From positions 10,314,206-10,378,205 of the forward strand of contig NC_057719.1 of the NCBI RefSeq assembly GCF_004010195.1: DNA of 64,000 nucleotides, in the 5' to 3' direction. A program made the position numbers and the translations under genes. This DNA is from Chiloscyllium plagiosum. Its lineage: Eukaryota. Of this stretch, positions 36,816 through 48,944 are shown piece after piece. The notes under the pieces are model-generated. The model made no database searches. It was not told the DNA's origin and saw nothing but the letters and a program-made list of their open reading frames with translations. Each line of letters opens with the position of its first letter. Positions within the stretch are counted from its first letter, which is position 1.

Positions 36816-37624
36816 CATGTTCATCAGTTTATCAAGATTCCCTCAAGAGACAAGAATAATCATTACCCTTGAGCCCTCTCTTCTTGAGAACCTAAAACTA
36901 GCTAACCTCTCAAAACTCAAACTGATTGTCCTTTTCTACATGACCTCCAGCACATTGATACCATCAATGCACCTTCCTGTTCATACAATGCTGCAGTGAC
37001 AGCACCATACAAGAATATTAATGCTCCACAAGATATATTTACTTGTTAAAAAGTCACAATTGCAGTATTCCTCTTTTTGAGCATTCACTGAGCTGGGATT
37101 CCATGTACAAATCAGAAATGCTATCGATGAAAGTGAAAGCACAAAATTCAACTTTGCTTTCAAAAACTAGGTAGACCTGTGTGGGCTCAGACAGTGAGGG
37201 TAAAAGGGAGCAGAAAGCATGGAGAACGGTCTCAGGAGCAGATGGTACTGGTGGCAGAGCTGTGTATGACTCAGGAGCGGTAACAGTGAGGTTTAAAGGA
37301 GATCAGAAATCCAAGAAGCTGACCGACTCAGTGGGCCTGTGTGGGACTTGGCAGTGGCAGCAGTGAGCTTAGAAGGAGCAGAGAGCACAGATAGGTCTCA
37401 GAAGCAGACAAATCACCGGCAGAGCTGTGCAATGGGTTACAGCTGAACAAGAGTGGGTCCAACATCCTCGCAATTTAAAATAGATCGAGGGGGTGGTAAA
37501 CTCCTGACAAGCAGCTCAGAGGAGCGAGAAACGGAAATGAATTAGATGCTAAAATGCTAATAAGTGCCTTAAAAAGGCAGAGGATACATAGTCTGGTTGA
37601 GAAGTGAGCTTAGCAAGACAAAAT

Positions 37625-37880
37625 GGAATATATATGATAATATAAAGAGCCTGAGAATTTAAACAGATGAGATGAGGGCACAAATAGGGCATGTGGAAAT
37701 ATGACATTATAGCTATGACTGAAAGATGGACAGGATTGGCAGCTCAATACTCCTGGCTATCAGATATTCAGACAAGATAGAGGGTGAAGTGGAATGGGGA
37801 GTCACAATATTCTTCAATAAATCAGCTATTACACTGAGGAGTGGCAATACCCTAGAAAGGTCAAAAAATAAGGACTAAGG
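37625..37880 (+). mobile_element. Degraded CR1 AP-endonuclease region
   Basis: atatgacattatagctatgactgaaagatgg (YDIIAMTE.W) and caggattggcagctcaatactcctggctatcagatattcagacaagatag (QDWQLNTPGYQIFRQDR). Confidence 0.6.
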
Positions 37881-39299
37881 AAGAGAAGTGACAAAATCAC
37901 AAAAGGAGCAAATACAAATCCCAAAACAATCAGGGAGAGAAATTAATATGCAATCAAACATCAGAGAAGTGGAAGAACAATAAGACGAGGGGAGTTTAAC
38001 TTCTGAAAATATCAATGAGAATCCAGTGAGATCAGTGTACTTGGTAAACTGCTTCAGAAAATAATTCAAACATTCTAAACCAAACAACACTTCACATTCC
38101 TCAGACTGCAGCTCTGACCTGAAACTGACTCTCATAAATGTCACTTAAAAAAAACTACCAACCCATGACTGGATATTTAGTTTGAGGAAACAAATCAATC
38201 AGCGCCCAAGCGCAGATTAACTCCAAGTATCAGTTTCCACTGAAGTGCAAGATTCCTGTGGACTAAACAATTGAAGATTTATGCTCAGACTTTCACCTCT
38301 GAAGAAGCTATCCTGCTGTGATAACATTTAAGACACTGTGGTAAACCGATCACATTTGTCGCTGTACTTGGAGTTTCTCAGAGCATTGCTGACTGTTAGC
38401 AGTGGGGTGGGACTGCACAGACACAGATCACTACATCATAAAATAGAAGTTCCAACACAGGGCTAAATTTAGATTTCCTAACCTTTCACTGGATTAACAG
38501 CTGAGAGGGAGAAAAAGGAAGTTAAGTATCTTTATGTTGAGTTAGGAATTCCCTGCAATTAATTACTGGGCAGAATGAAGTCATTGTGCTCAGTCTTTGT
38601 TCCAAACTCCACTACCTGGTTGAAGACTCCATTCCTTTCCACAGTAACAGACTGAGCAAGTTCAGAACCTTAGGGTCACATCTGTCTGCAAGGACAGCAT
38701 CTCACCTCTTATTTGCACCTTCACTAAGACAGTCCATTTTTACCTCTATAGTATCGTCCAACATTATTCCAGTCTCAGCTCATCTGGTGCTGAAGCCCTT
38801 ATTATCTCTAGACCTGACTACTTCAACACATTCCAAGGTGACACCCCACACACACACACACACACACACACATTCTCTTTGTAAACTCATGGTATTACAA
38901 AATCAACTGCCCATGTACTAAGTCCCACTCCCTTGCCAGTCCTGTACTCACTGACCCTCATGGCTCCTATCTGATATTGATCTTGTTTTTGTGAATCTCC
39001 TGTGCTTTGCTCTGTCTAAATACCCTACGATCTGCTTGTACTGCTCGCCAAAACAAAATGCTTCACTGTACTCACGTACATGTGACTACAATATATCAAA
39101 TCTCATTTTTAAAATTCACATTCTTGTTTTTTCCTCCTCCCATCTCTGTGACTTCCTCCATAGAATCAGAGACTTTTACAGTACATTCAGCCCATCGCTT
39201 CCATACTCTCACCAGAAAGGGCTACCCAGGTATTCCAGTGCCACAATAAACTACTATGAACAGTTGATAGTCTGGACTCAAATAGGAAACACAAAAGGC

Positions 39300-39800
39300 T
39301 TAGGTACAAGTGTAGCTATCATCAGGGGTCTGGACAGGGCAGACAAGGAGAAACGTTCATGCTGGTGGTAGGAATGAGATGCAGAGGACACCCATTTAAG
39401 ATGGATTAGCAAAAGAACCAACACTGACACGAGGAAAAACTGTCCACTACGAGCGACTAGGATTTGAGACGCACTGGCAGAGAATCTAGGCTTTCAGGAC
39501 TGATTTGGATTCTGATCTGAAGAAAAGACATATTCATGGCACTGTGGAAAAGCCAAGAATGTGAGATGAGGCAATTTCCTGTTCCAGAGAGTCGGTAAGA
39601 TTACAACAAGTTAAACAGTTACCTTCTATGCTGAATCATTCTCTGACTTTATGCTTCTATTCAAAAGAGGAGAAATTTGCAGGTGTATGGGGAGTGACCT
39701 GAGGGACAGACTATACTGTAGCATGCTTCTCAGAGCTGACACAAGACTCAATACTCTGAATAGCCTCCTTGCGTGATATATTAACTCCTTTATGATTCAA
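39300..39800 (+). mobile_element. Degraded CR1 3' fragments
   Basis: aggggtctggacagggcagacaaggagaaac...agaggacacccatttaag. Confidence 0.5.
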
Positions 39801-40007
39801 TGTAGAAAATGCACTCTGCAAGTATAAGAAATGTTCTGACGCAGTGTGATGCTCAGTACCTCTCTAATCTAAGAAGCACACAGTCTTGCATGGAAATAAA
39901 ATCTGACAGCTTTTTCAAAATTCATTTTGTGGGATGTGGGCATTGATGGCTGGCCAGCACTTGCTGCCCATCCCTAGGTGCCTTTGAGAAGTTGGTACTG
40001 AGTTGCC

Positions 40008-40224
40008 TTAGATTAGATTAGATTACATTACATTACAGTGTGGAAACAGGCCCAACAAGTCCACACCAACCCGCCGAAGCATAACCCACCCATGCCCCTA
40101 CATTTACCCCTTACCTAACACTACGGGCAATTTAGCATGGCCAATTCACCTGACCTGCACATCTTTGGACTGTGGGAGGAAACCGGAGCACCCGGAGGAA
40201 ACCCACGCAGACACGGGGAGAACG
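40008..40224 (-). mobile_element. HE1 SINE, 5'-truncated, with (TCTAA)/(TGTAA) tail
   Basis: ttagattagattagattacattacattacagtgtggaaacagg...gaaacccacgcagacacggggagaacgtg. Confidence 0.85.
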
Positions 40225-40710
40225 TGGTGAGTGGTTTGGAGGGGAACTTGAAGGTGGTTCGCATATATCTGTTGCCCTTGTCCTTCTAGATGGAAGTGGT
40301 CGTGACACTTTGGAAGGTGCTCTCGGAGGATCTTTGGCGAATTTCTGCAATGCACCGTGTAGGTAGGTCGTACACATTGCTGCTACTGAGTGCCAGTGGT
40401 GGAGGGAGTGAATGCCTGTAGATGTGGTGCCATTCAAGCAGGCTGCATTGTCCTGGAAGCTTCTTGACTGTTGATGGGGCTACACTCATCCAGGCAAGTG
40501 GTGAATATTCCATCACACCCCTGACTTGTGCCTTGTAGGCAGACAAGTTCTGGGAGTCAGGAGGTGAGTTACTCGCCACTGTAATCCTAGCCTCTGACCT
40601 GCTCTTGTAGCCATTGTATTTATGTGGTGAAGCAGTTGGGTGTTTGGTCAATGATAACCCCCAGGATGTTAACAGTGGGGGATTCAGTGATGGCAACACC
40701 GCTAAATGCC
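40225..40710 (-). mobile_element. CR1/L2-group LINE ORF2 fragment
   Basis: AYKAQVRGVMEYSPLAWMSVAPSTVKKL, IHSLHHWHSVAAMCT; its 3' tail continues at ~39920-40007 beyond the HE1. Confidence 0.75.
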
Positions 40711-41808
40711 TATTACTGCACCCTACCTTAAAGACAGAAGAAAAAAATAGGGATAAGTTTACAAGATACAGAGTAATAAAGTAGATGAAAACAGAAAAAT
40801 ACCTGCTACTGAATGATTGCCAGTATTTGATCCATAGGATTTTTACAATTGCAATGAAAGGAGGCTGTTTTTAATGTACATCAACGTCAAATATGACCTG
40901 CCATTTGAAGACACTCAAGTTGCAAGGGGAATGTGAATGAGGGAGACAATCTTGTTTTGTTGCAATATGACAGGCACTGGATAATGAGAGTGCTTTGACA
41001 GTCTGCAAACTCCAGTGCTTTTGTAGTGCTTGTGGTTCTACCTGTCGCATGAAAATAAACATTGGGTGCGATACAGAACAGGATGGTAACTTGTCATCTC
41101 CTTGCCATTTTATAGCATTATACAAAGTCCAATTTGATCTGAAATATAGAAACAGTTGTCGGCCATTCCATCCTTCAGACTTGCTCCACTATCAAAGGAG
41201 ACCATGGTTGAACAGTACCTTAATAAAAATCTATGAAACTCAAGTTTAAAATTTCAATCAATACCGAATCTTACCAAAGGCAGTTACAAATGATCACTTA
41301 TTCCCTATGTTTAGAAATGGTTTCTGAATGGCCTAAATCATCTTCAGTGTTTAGGTTCATGAAGGGAGGTGGTGCACCAGTAATTTGCACTGACAAAGTA
41401 TCTCATAATATATAAAAATGCCCTACTGCAACTCAACAAGATCAAAATTGATATGGAGCAAAGTAAGCCCCTCCTCAGCTAAAATGAAAATAAATGAACT
41501 GGTCATTGACCTCAGTGCAGGGTGTTGGTGTTGGCGATATTTCTGAATTAATAGTCACTAATCTTCCAAAATAATATACTGCACAAAGTCATATTTAATA
41601 TTTTGACATTGGAAAGCACAACATAAATTCAAGTACATTATTCTAATCATTATTGATTAACACCATGGTTATTCTGAGTTGAGCTCAAGGTGCAGTGCTG
41701 TAGTGGTAGTGTCACTAAGTGAGTAATCTAGAGATCCATGCTCTGGGCGTCAAGGGTTCAAATCTCATCACAGCATCTGGTGAAACTTAAATTCAATTAG
41801 TAACATCT

Positions 41809-42770
41809 TGTTACAAAATTGAAAGAGTGTATTGTCACTTTAAGACTGAAAGCGCTTTTCTGAGCTGAGAGATTATGATAGAACATGTGTCTGTATCTAG
41901 CTGACAGGTATAGAGAGAATGCTGAGAATTGGTAACGGTCAGCTTGGGGTTGTGTTTTAATGTTAAGGGAAATGGATTTGAATTTAACAAATTAATTTAA
42001 ATTATGCCCAGGATACCAAAACCCAATTGAATTTGAAGTTATTGTGTTGACAACATCAGACCAATGAGAGGGTATGAAGTTGGGAATTTAAAAAGGAAGT
42101 TGAAAATGTGTTGCTGAAAAAGCACAGCAGGTCAGGCAGCATCCAAGGAAAGGAGAATCGATGTTTCGGGCATGAGCCCTTCTTCAGGATGATGGGCTCA
42201 TGCCCAAAACGTCGATTCTCCTACTCCTTGGATGCTGCCTGACCTGCTGCGCTTTTCCAGAAACACATTTTCAGCTCTGATCTCCTGCATCTGCAGTCCT
42301 TACTTTCTCCATTAAAAAAGGAAGGGCATGTTGAAAATTAGAGAGCTAGCTGCCCATTGAATTAGAGAGCACACATCACCTGAAAGGGCTTGCAAAAAGA
42401 AATCTCCCAGAAGACATTTTCTATCAAAGGTACCTTTTCCCGTAAAAGCAGTAAAAAGTAAGAAGATTTGGAAGACTGGCTGGAAGACAACACAAGAGAC
42501 TTTATGGACTTTGAGGGATTAAGTTGATTCAATGTTTAATAACTGCGTTATTGACACAGCATTTTAGAGCGGGGTCAGATAGAGTGATTAATTATGAAAA
42601 AGAGGGCTCGGACTTGTTAATAGCTTTGTTTAGTGTTCACTGTTAAACAGTGGAAATTGGGGTTTTCCTTCATTCACTCAATCACCCTTTTAGCAAATTA
42701 CGATGCGAAGTGAGCTTTTCTGGGGTGTTGGTTTTAATTAGCAGAAAGGTTCAACCACTGCACTGTAACA
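41809..42770 (+). mobile_element. Probable solo LTR inserted in a SacSINE1-like SINE (41690-41808 and 42771-42938)
   Basis: Perfect 7-bp terminal IR TGTTACA (41809-15) / TGTAACA (42764-70); CCAAT at 42061 and TATA-like ttaaaaag; SINE resumes after it; TSD degenerate (atct/accc). Confidence 0.6.
42100..42310. mobile_element. Short inverted PLE element (family A) nested in the LTR
   Basis: Arms cagcaggtcaggcagcatccaagg / ccttggatgctgcctgacctgctg; TSD aaaaaggaag at 42090-42099 and 42315-42324. Confidence 0.8.
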
Positions 42771-42939
42771 ACCCCAAACTGGAAGCGAGTCTCAGTAATA
42801 GTCACCATGATAATTACTGTTGGTAGTCATTAAAAACACAATCGGTTCCTGTAAGGAAGGAAATTTACCATCTTTACCTGGTCTAGCCTTCATGTGACTC
42901 CAGACCCAGAACACTGTGGTTTACTCATCACTGTCCCCT

Positions 42940-43263
42940 GGGATAGCACAGTGACCCAGTGGTTAGCACTGCTACCTCACATCACCAGGGATCTGGGTTC
43001 AATTCCAACCTCAGGAAATTGTCTGTGTGGAGTTTGCACATTCTCCACGTGTCTGTGTGGGTTCCCGCCAGGTGCTCCAGTTCCATTCCACAGTCCAAAG
43101 ATGTGCAGGTTAGGTGGCTGTGCTAAATTGCCCAGGGGTGTGTAGGGTAGGTGAATTAGCCATGGGGAATGCAGGGTTACAGGGAGTGGGTGGATCTTGA
43201 TGGGATGTTCTTCGGAGGGTTGGCGTGGACTCGATGGGCTGAATGGCCTGCTTCCACACTGCA
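42940..43263 (+). mobile_element. HE1-type V-SINE
   Basis: cagtggttagcactgctacctcac...ggctgaatggcctgcttccacactg. Confidence 0.85.
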
Positions 43264-43339
43264 GTAGCTATCTGACAATTGGGAAAGAGCCAGTTGTGCC
43301 AGTCTTGCCAATGACATTCTATGCAACAATTTAAGAGGA

Positions 43340-44075
43340 ACAGAGTACTAAAGCAAAGAAATTATGACAAATCTGAACTGAGAACTACATCCAATTTTGG
43401 TCCACTTTGGAAATGATGTGAGGATGTAGAAAAGGATCATGAAAATGACTCCAGCAAAGAAGGGCTTAATTTATAGGGAGAGGTTAACAAATTTGGGGTT
43501 CTTCTCAGAAGAGATTTGATACAGGTTTTACAAGCTGTGAAGGGTGTAGAAAGAACAGAGAGAGAGAAAAACAGTCCCCAGTGGGGGAAGAATGGAGAAC
43601 CAGAGATCACAGATTTCAGGTTACTGATGAAAGAACCAGTGGTGACACAAGGTGAACCTTTTCAAATGTAGAGAGAGGTTAGAATTTAGAATGGGCAAAA
43701 ATGAGTACTGCAGATGCTAGAGATTAGAGCCGAGAGTAAGGTGCTGGAAAAGCACAGCAGGTCAGGCATCATCCGAGGAGCTTGAATATCAACATTTCGG
43801 GCAAAAGCCCTTCATCAGGCTTTTTTGATTTTCCTGCTCCTCGGATGCTGCCTGACCTGCTGTGCATTTCCAGCACTACACTTTTGGCTAGAATTTAGAA
43901 TGCACTGCCTTAGAGTGAAGTGGAGGCAGATTGAATCGACAGGGAATTGGATTACTGGTGGTAGGCAGAAACTTTGCAGGAAATGGTGGGGGAGCAGGTT
44001 AAGCTGAGCTGCTCCGGCAAAGAGTCTGCATGGACACAGACTGAATGACCTCCTTCAGTTCTGTAACCATTCTAT
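43340..44075 (+). mobile_element. Degraded CR1 3' fragment interrupted by a PLE insertion
   Basis: gagatttgatacaggtttacaag...gaaccagagatcacagatttcagg...tagaatgcactgcct. Confidence 0.55.
43694..43888. mobile_element. Short inverted PLE element (family A)
   Basis: 14-bp TSD tagaatttagaatg at 43680-43693 and 43889-43902. Confidence 0.82.
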
Positions 44076-44324
44076 GCAATGTGTTAATTAATTGGAATTA
44101 ATATTTTTCAAGCATTTTTTAGAACTCTTCTGTCAGAGATTCATTTCATCACTTGTTTCCAATTGTTTCAGCCAGCTGCAAATATGGTGTAGGCCCCTAT
44201 AGACTATTTTAAATAGACGGGGAATGTAAGTTAATTGGGCTGTCTCAGACTTGTGGAAGATTTCCAATATTTATAGGATGCTGACAGGCCAGTCTTAAAC
44301 CCTATGTGACATTTCCCTGGAACT

Positions 44325-44880
44325 GTGCTGCTATTGCCAGACTATTAATCTAGAGATCCAGATAATATTCTGGGGAACAAAACAGATGTTACTGCAAAAT
44401 CTCAGCAGATCTGGTTGCATCTATGGAGGGAAGTTAGAGTTAATATTTCAGATCCAGTGACCCTTCTTCAGAAAGTTCTGAAGAAGGGTCACTGGATCTG
44501 AAACACTAACTCTGTTCTCTCCACAGATACTGCTAGACCTGCCGAGATTTTCTGGCTATTATTGCTTTTGTTTCATATTTTAATATCCACGGTTCTCTTT
44601 TTATTTTCTCTAGTGGTCTGGGGATCTGGGTTTGAATCCTGCTACAGCAGATGGTGGAATTTGAATTCAGTAAAAATCCAAACTTAAAAGTCCAATGATG
44701 ACCATGAAACCATTGTCGATTGTCATTAATGTCCTTTAGGGAAGGAAACTCACTTAACCGATCTGGCCTACTTCTGACTCTGGACCCACATAATGTTAAT
44801 TGCCCTCTGGGCAATTAGGGATAGGCAATGAATGCTGGCCTAGCCTGTGATCCCCACACCCTATAAATGCATTTAAAAAA
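44325..44880 (+). mobile_element. SacSINE1-like SINE interrupted by an inverted PLE element (44377-44616)
   Basis: Direct repeat tctgggga at 44369-44376 and 44617-44624; SINE tail gccctctgggcaattagggataggcaatgaatgctggcc. Confidence 0.7.
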
Positions 44881-45621
44881 ACCCAGAGCAGTTATTATCA
44901 TTGTTAAGTTGTCCAATAAGTAATTTCAATGGCTTATTTTCATTTTGTTGGGGTCTCTGCCAATCGAGAGAGCACTTTCTGTTTGGATCTTATTTCTTTC
45001 AGTCTGACACAATCTCTTGGTTTGTATAGCACAGCTGTAAGTTTTCTCAGTACATTACTTTTTGAAGCCTGTCATAGCATCTCCACTTTGAAGTAATTTA
45101 TTACTTTGCCCTTCCTCCTGTCTGATGACCAATTCCCAAGCTAATACTCATCTTAAGCAATTGCATAATATTAAATAATGAATAACATCTTTTCCTTTAG
45201 CGCAAAGAGTTCATCTGCTTTATTCTCCATAGTCACTTCTCTTTCACAAGCTGCAGGAGTGTAACGGTTATGTTATTGAACACAGAATCCAGTGGCTTGG
45301 CCTACTGATCCAGAGAAGCAAGCTCAAATTCTATCAGAGCATTTAACTGTCGATCATCATGAACTGATGCATTTCCCAATTGAACACAATAAAGTCCCTC
45401 AAGCCTACACTGCCATTCAACAAGATCATGCTGATCATTGGAAGTTTTAACTCCTCTTTCATGCCAGCTCATTCTAGCCCTCAGACCTGAGAGAGTTCAA
45501 AAATCTATCTACTACCACTTTGCTACTTTGAGTGATTGAGCCTCCATGACTATCTCTCCACAAATGCTGCCTGACCTGCTGCGATTTCCAGCATTTTCTT
45601 GTTTTCAGTTCAGCTTTCAGC

Positions 45622-45925
45622 AGGCGGCATGGTGGCACAGTGGTTAGCACTGCTGCCTCACAGCACCAGGGCCCCAGGTTCAATTCCAGCCTCGGCCAAC
45701 TGTCTGTGTAGAGTTTGCACATTCTCCCTGTGTCTGCAGGGGCTTGCTCTTGTCTCCTCCCACAGTCCAAAGATGTGTGGGTCAGGTGAATTGGCCATGC
45801 TAAATTGTCCATAGTGCTAGGTGCATTAGTCAGAGGGAAATGAGTCTGGGTGGATTACTCTTCGGAGGGTCGGTGTGGACTTGTTGGGCAGAAGGGCCTG
45901 TTTCCACACTGTAGGGAATCTAATC
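45622..45925 (+). mobile_element. HE1-type V-SINE
   Basis: ggcggcatggtggcacagtggttagcactgctgcctcacagcaccaggg...tttccacactgtagggaatctaatct. Confidence 0.9.
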
Positions 45926-46209
45926 TGCAGTAACTTGCTCTAAACCTCCACAAGTCTCTGGGGTAGGAAATTACAGGCATTACTTATCCTCTGGAAGAAG
46001 CAATTCTTTTACATCTCTGCTTTAAATGAATGTCACTTATTCTGTATCCATCTCCCCCCAAGTTTTAAAAATTTGGTGGAAACATTTTCTCAATGCGACA
46101 ATCAAGATATCAGAGTCTACTGGCCAACCAGTCTGCACTCACCTGTTAAAATGTATGCAATGGTTTTCTCCTTAAATTGGTATTCTTGCAAAGTGTCCGA
46201 ATGAGTGCA

Positions 46210-46965
46210 AGATAGGAACAGGAATAGGCTATCTAGCCCTTCAAGACGGTTTCACAATTCAGTGAGATCATGGTTGATCTATGGTCTGACTGCCTTTGTC
46301 CCATATTCTTTAATACCTTTGTGCAACACACGTTTATCTATCTCAGATTTAAAATTAACAACCGATCATGTATCTACTGCTGTTTGTGGAATATCTTTCT
46401 GCAAGAAGTGTTTCCTAACATCTCTCCTAAATGATCCAGCCCTAATTCTCAGGCTATTCCCCTAGTTCCAGAATCCCCCACCAGTGGAAATAATTTTTCT
46501 TTACCTATCTTGTCTTTTCCTGTTAAGGTCTTGAAGATTTCAATCAGATCACTCTTTGAACCTCTAAATTCGAGAGAAAACAGGCTTAATTTTTGAATCT
46601 CTCCTCATAACTTAACTTCTGAAGGCCAGGTATCATTGTTGTAAACCTACTTTGTACTCCCTCAATGACTGATATATCGTTCCTAAGGTGTGGTGCCCAC
46701 ATCTGCCCACAGTACTCCTAGTGGGGTCTAACCAGGGTTTGATATAACTGCAGTGTAACGTCTGTATCCTTATAGTCCAATCCTCTCTGTATTAAGACCA
46801 GCATTCCATTAGCTTTCTTGATTATCTTCCACACCTGTTCATGATATTCCAAAGATCTATGCCCCTGGACCCCCAAGTCTCCCTGGACATCCACTGTATT
46901 TAACTTCATACCATCCAGAATGTACTCTGATTTCTCCTTTTGCAGTCCAAAACAGACAATTTCAC
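46210..46965 (-). mobile_element. CR1 LINE 3' fragment
   Basis: VQGDLGVQGHRSL...IIKKANGML..IQRGLDYKDTDVTLQLYQTLVRPH. Confidence 0.85.
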
Positions 46966-46974
46966 TCCTTTCTT

Positions 46975-47335
46975 TTTCTTTATTCATTCATGGGATGAGG
47001 CCATCGCTGGCTAGGTCAGCATTCATTGACCATCCCTATTGCCCAGAGGGCAGTTAAGAGTCAGCCACATTGATGTGGGTCTGAAGTCACATGTAGGCCA
47101 GACCAGGTAGGGATAGCAGTTTCTTTCTCTAAAGGGCAATAGTGAACCAGATGGGTTTTTCTGACAATCAAAAATGGAATCATGGTCATTAGACTCTTAA
47201 TTCCAGATTTTTCCTTTTGTTGAATTTAAATTCCATCATTTTTCATAGCAGCATTTGAACCCAGGTCCCCAGAACAATACCTGGGTCTCTGGATTAATAG
47301 CCCAGCAATAATACCACTAGGCCGTTGCCTCCCCA
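46975..47335 (-). mobile_element. SacSINE1-like SINE, near full length
   Basis: ttattcattcatgggatg...ccagagggcagttaagagtcagccacattg...gaacccaggtccccagaac...ccactaggccgttgcctcccc. Confidence 0.75.
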
Positions 47336-47716
47336 TGTCCATGTTTGAACCAATGTGGTCAGAAGCAGAATGGCCCTGGCAGAACCCAAACTGAGTAGGT
47401 TATTACTGAGTAACTGATGCTTGGTAGCCCTGTTGATGACCCTTTCCACGCTGAGGCTCTAATGCGGGTGAAAAGCTTTGACAGAGTATGGTCTTTTTTT
47501 TCCAACAGTAACACAGTTTTCTACCTAAGGAATTGTGTTCCCAGAATTGGAACAGAACAGGATGATGATGTAAGCCAGTGAAGAAAAAGCTCCTTTCTGG
47601 AATCATACATGGTCTCCAGATCAAGCCTGCATGATGTTTTATATTCCAGAAGGACGTAAGTGGAGCCAACGTTTATTTTTACAAACATGCATTTACAGAA
47701 TTACAGGTAACAAGCA

Positions 47717-47859
47717 TGATGTAGAGGAACCAGTGTTGGATTGGGGTGGACAAAGTTTAAAATCACACAACACCAGGTTATAATCACAACCACCTGACGA
47801 AGGACCAGTGCTTCCAAATAAACCTGTTTGACTATAACCTGGTGTTGTGTTATTTTTTA
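47717..47859. mobile_element. Short inverted PLE-like element (family C)
   Basis: cacaacaccaggttata / tataacctggtgttgtg arms; central cctgacgaagga; TSD acaggt(a/g)acaagca at 47703-47716 and 47860-47873. Confidence 0.7.
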
Positions 47860-48546
47860 ACAGGTGACAAGCAGAGATTAAATCAGTGTTTACTTACAAC
47901 TCTTTGACAAACCTATCACCAATTAAGTACCCTGTCAAAAGAGGCAATTATACCTCAATATAACAAAAATAAACCAAAACCTTAAAGTGAATAACTTGAA
48001 ATAATGTGTTTATTTCTAGGGGGCACGAGTTAATCCCTAGTTAATGCCTGGCACCTGTCCACAATCAAACACAATTAATGTAAATGATTAGTCTCTGAAT
48101 GTCTTGAAACACACTTTAGTTTGGACCTGTTTTTAGGTCTTTAACACCACCCGTGGAATGAATCAATTTGATAGATTTGATTGTGCAAGTGTAATTTTGT
48201 GGTTTACCGTGCAACAATGGTACAAGTGGAATATCGTAATTTATTTGATCCAAAAATTTGGCAAGTTAAACCAAATGTATGAAGTGCGGATGCTATTTCT
48301 ATCTATTTATGCTATCTCCATATTGATAACTAAAATGATTATGTTGATTCTTTCAGCAGATTACAGAATTAAAATTCCAGTAAAAATCTTTGAAGTTGTA
48401 AGGAAAAGTCTTAAAATAATGATCTCCAAATAATTTTCTTCTGTCAAATTTAGATCCAGGAAGAAAAGTTTTAATTGCTTTTATTGGTATTGTGCTAAAG
48501 TGGAGCTTCTCCTTTGACTAAGTTAAGTTTGCTGTTCAATCAGGTA

Positions 48547-48944
48547 CCATATATACTCGAGTAATAGTAGATCTCATGCAAAAGGTGATCCCCTATTTTT
48601 GGCCAAATTATCTGGAATTTTCCATACATCTCATGTAAACGTCGACCCTAGTTCTTCACAGATAACAGATCAATGTTTATGACTCAGTGTGCCAGCCGTC
48701 ATGTTCTGCTCCAGCTTTCCAGTCCGCTGGCTGTTATGTTCCGTTCCAGGTTTTCAGAATTACCATTAATCATTTCTTTTCTTTATTTGTTTAGAGATAA
48801 GTTGGGCTTCTGCTAATAATACGGTTTGAATTTTGACGGGCATGAATGTCAGCCCATCAGAAAGAGAATCCATGCAATAGTTGATCCCATAAATTTAACC
48901 TTTAAAGTAGTAAAAACATTCGACTATTACTCGAGTATATACAG
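48547..48944. mobile_element. Non-autonomous Tc1/mariner-pogo (Tc2-like) MITE
   Basis: 24-bp TIRs ccatatatactcgagtaatagtag / cgactattactcgagtatatacag; TA on both sides (48545-46, 48945-46). Confidence 0.85.

Noticed and set aside
42100..42310. Palindromic elements as MITEs, terminators or CRISPR repeats
   Set aside because: Arms are asymmetric, TSDs are long and variable, copies are dispersed rather than arrayed, and the 26010-26432 copy ties them to a PLE ORF
45622..45695. tRNA gene at HE1 heads (A/B boxes)
   Set aside because: Continues into the V-domain and LINE-like tail; it is a SINE head, not a tRNA
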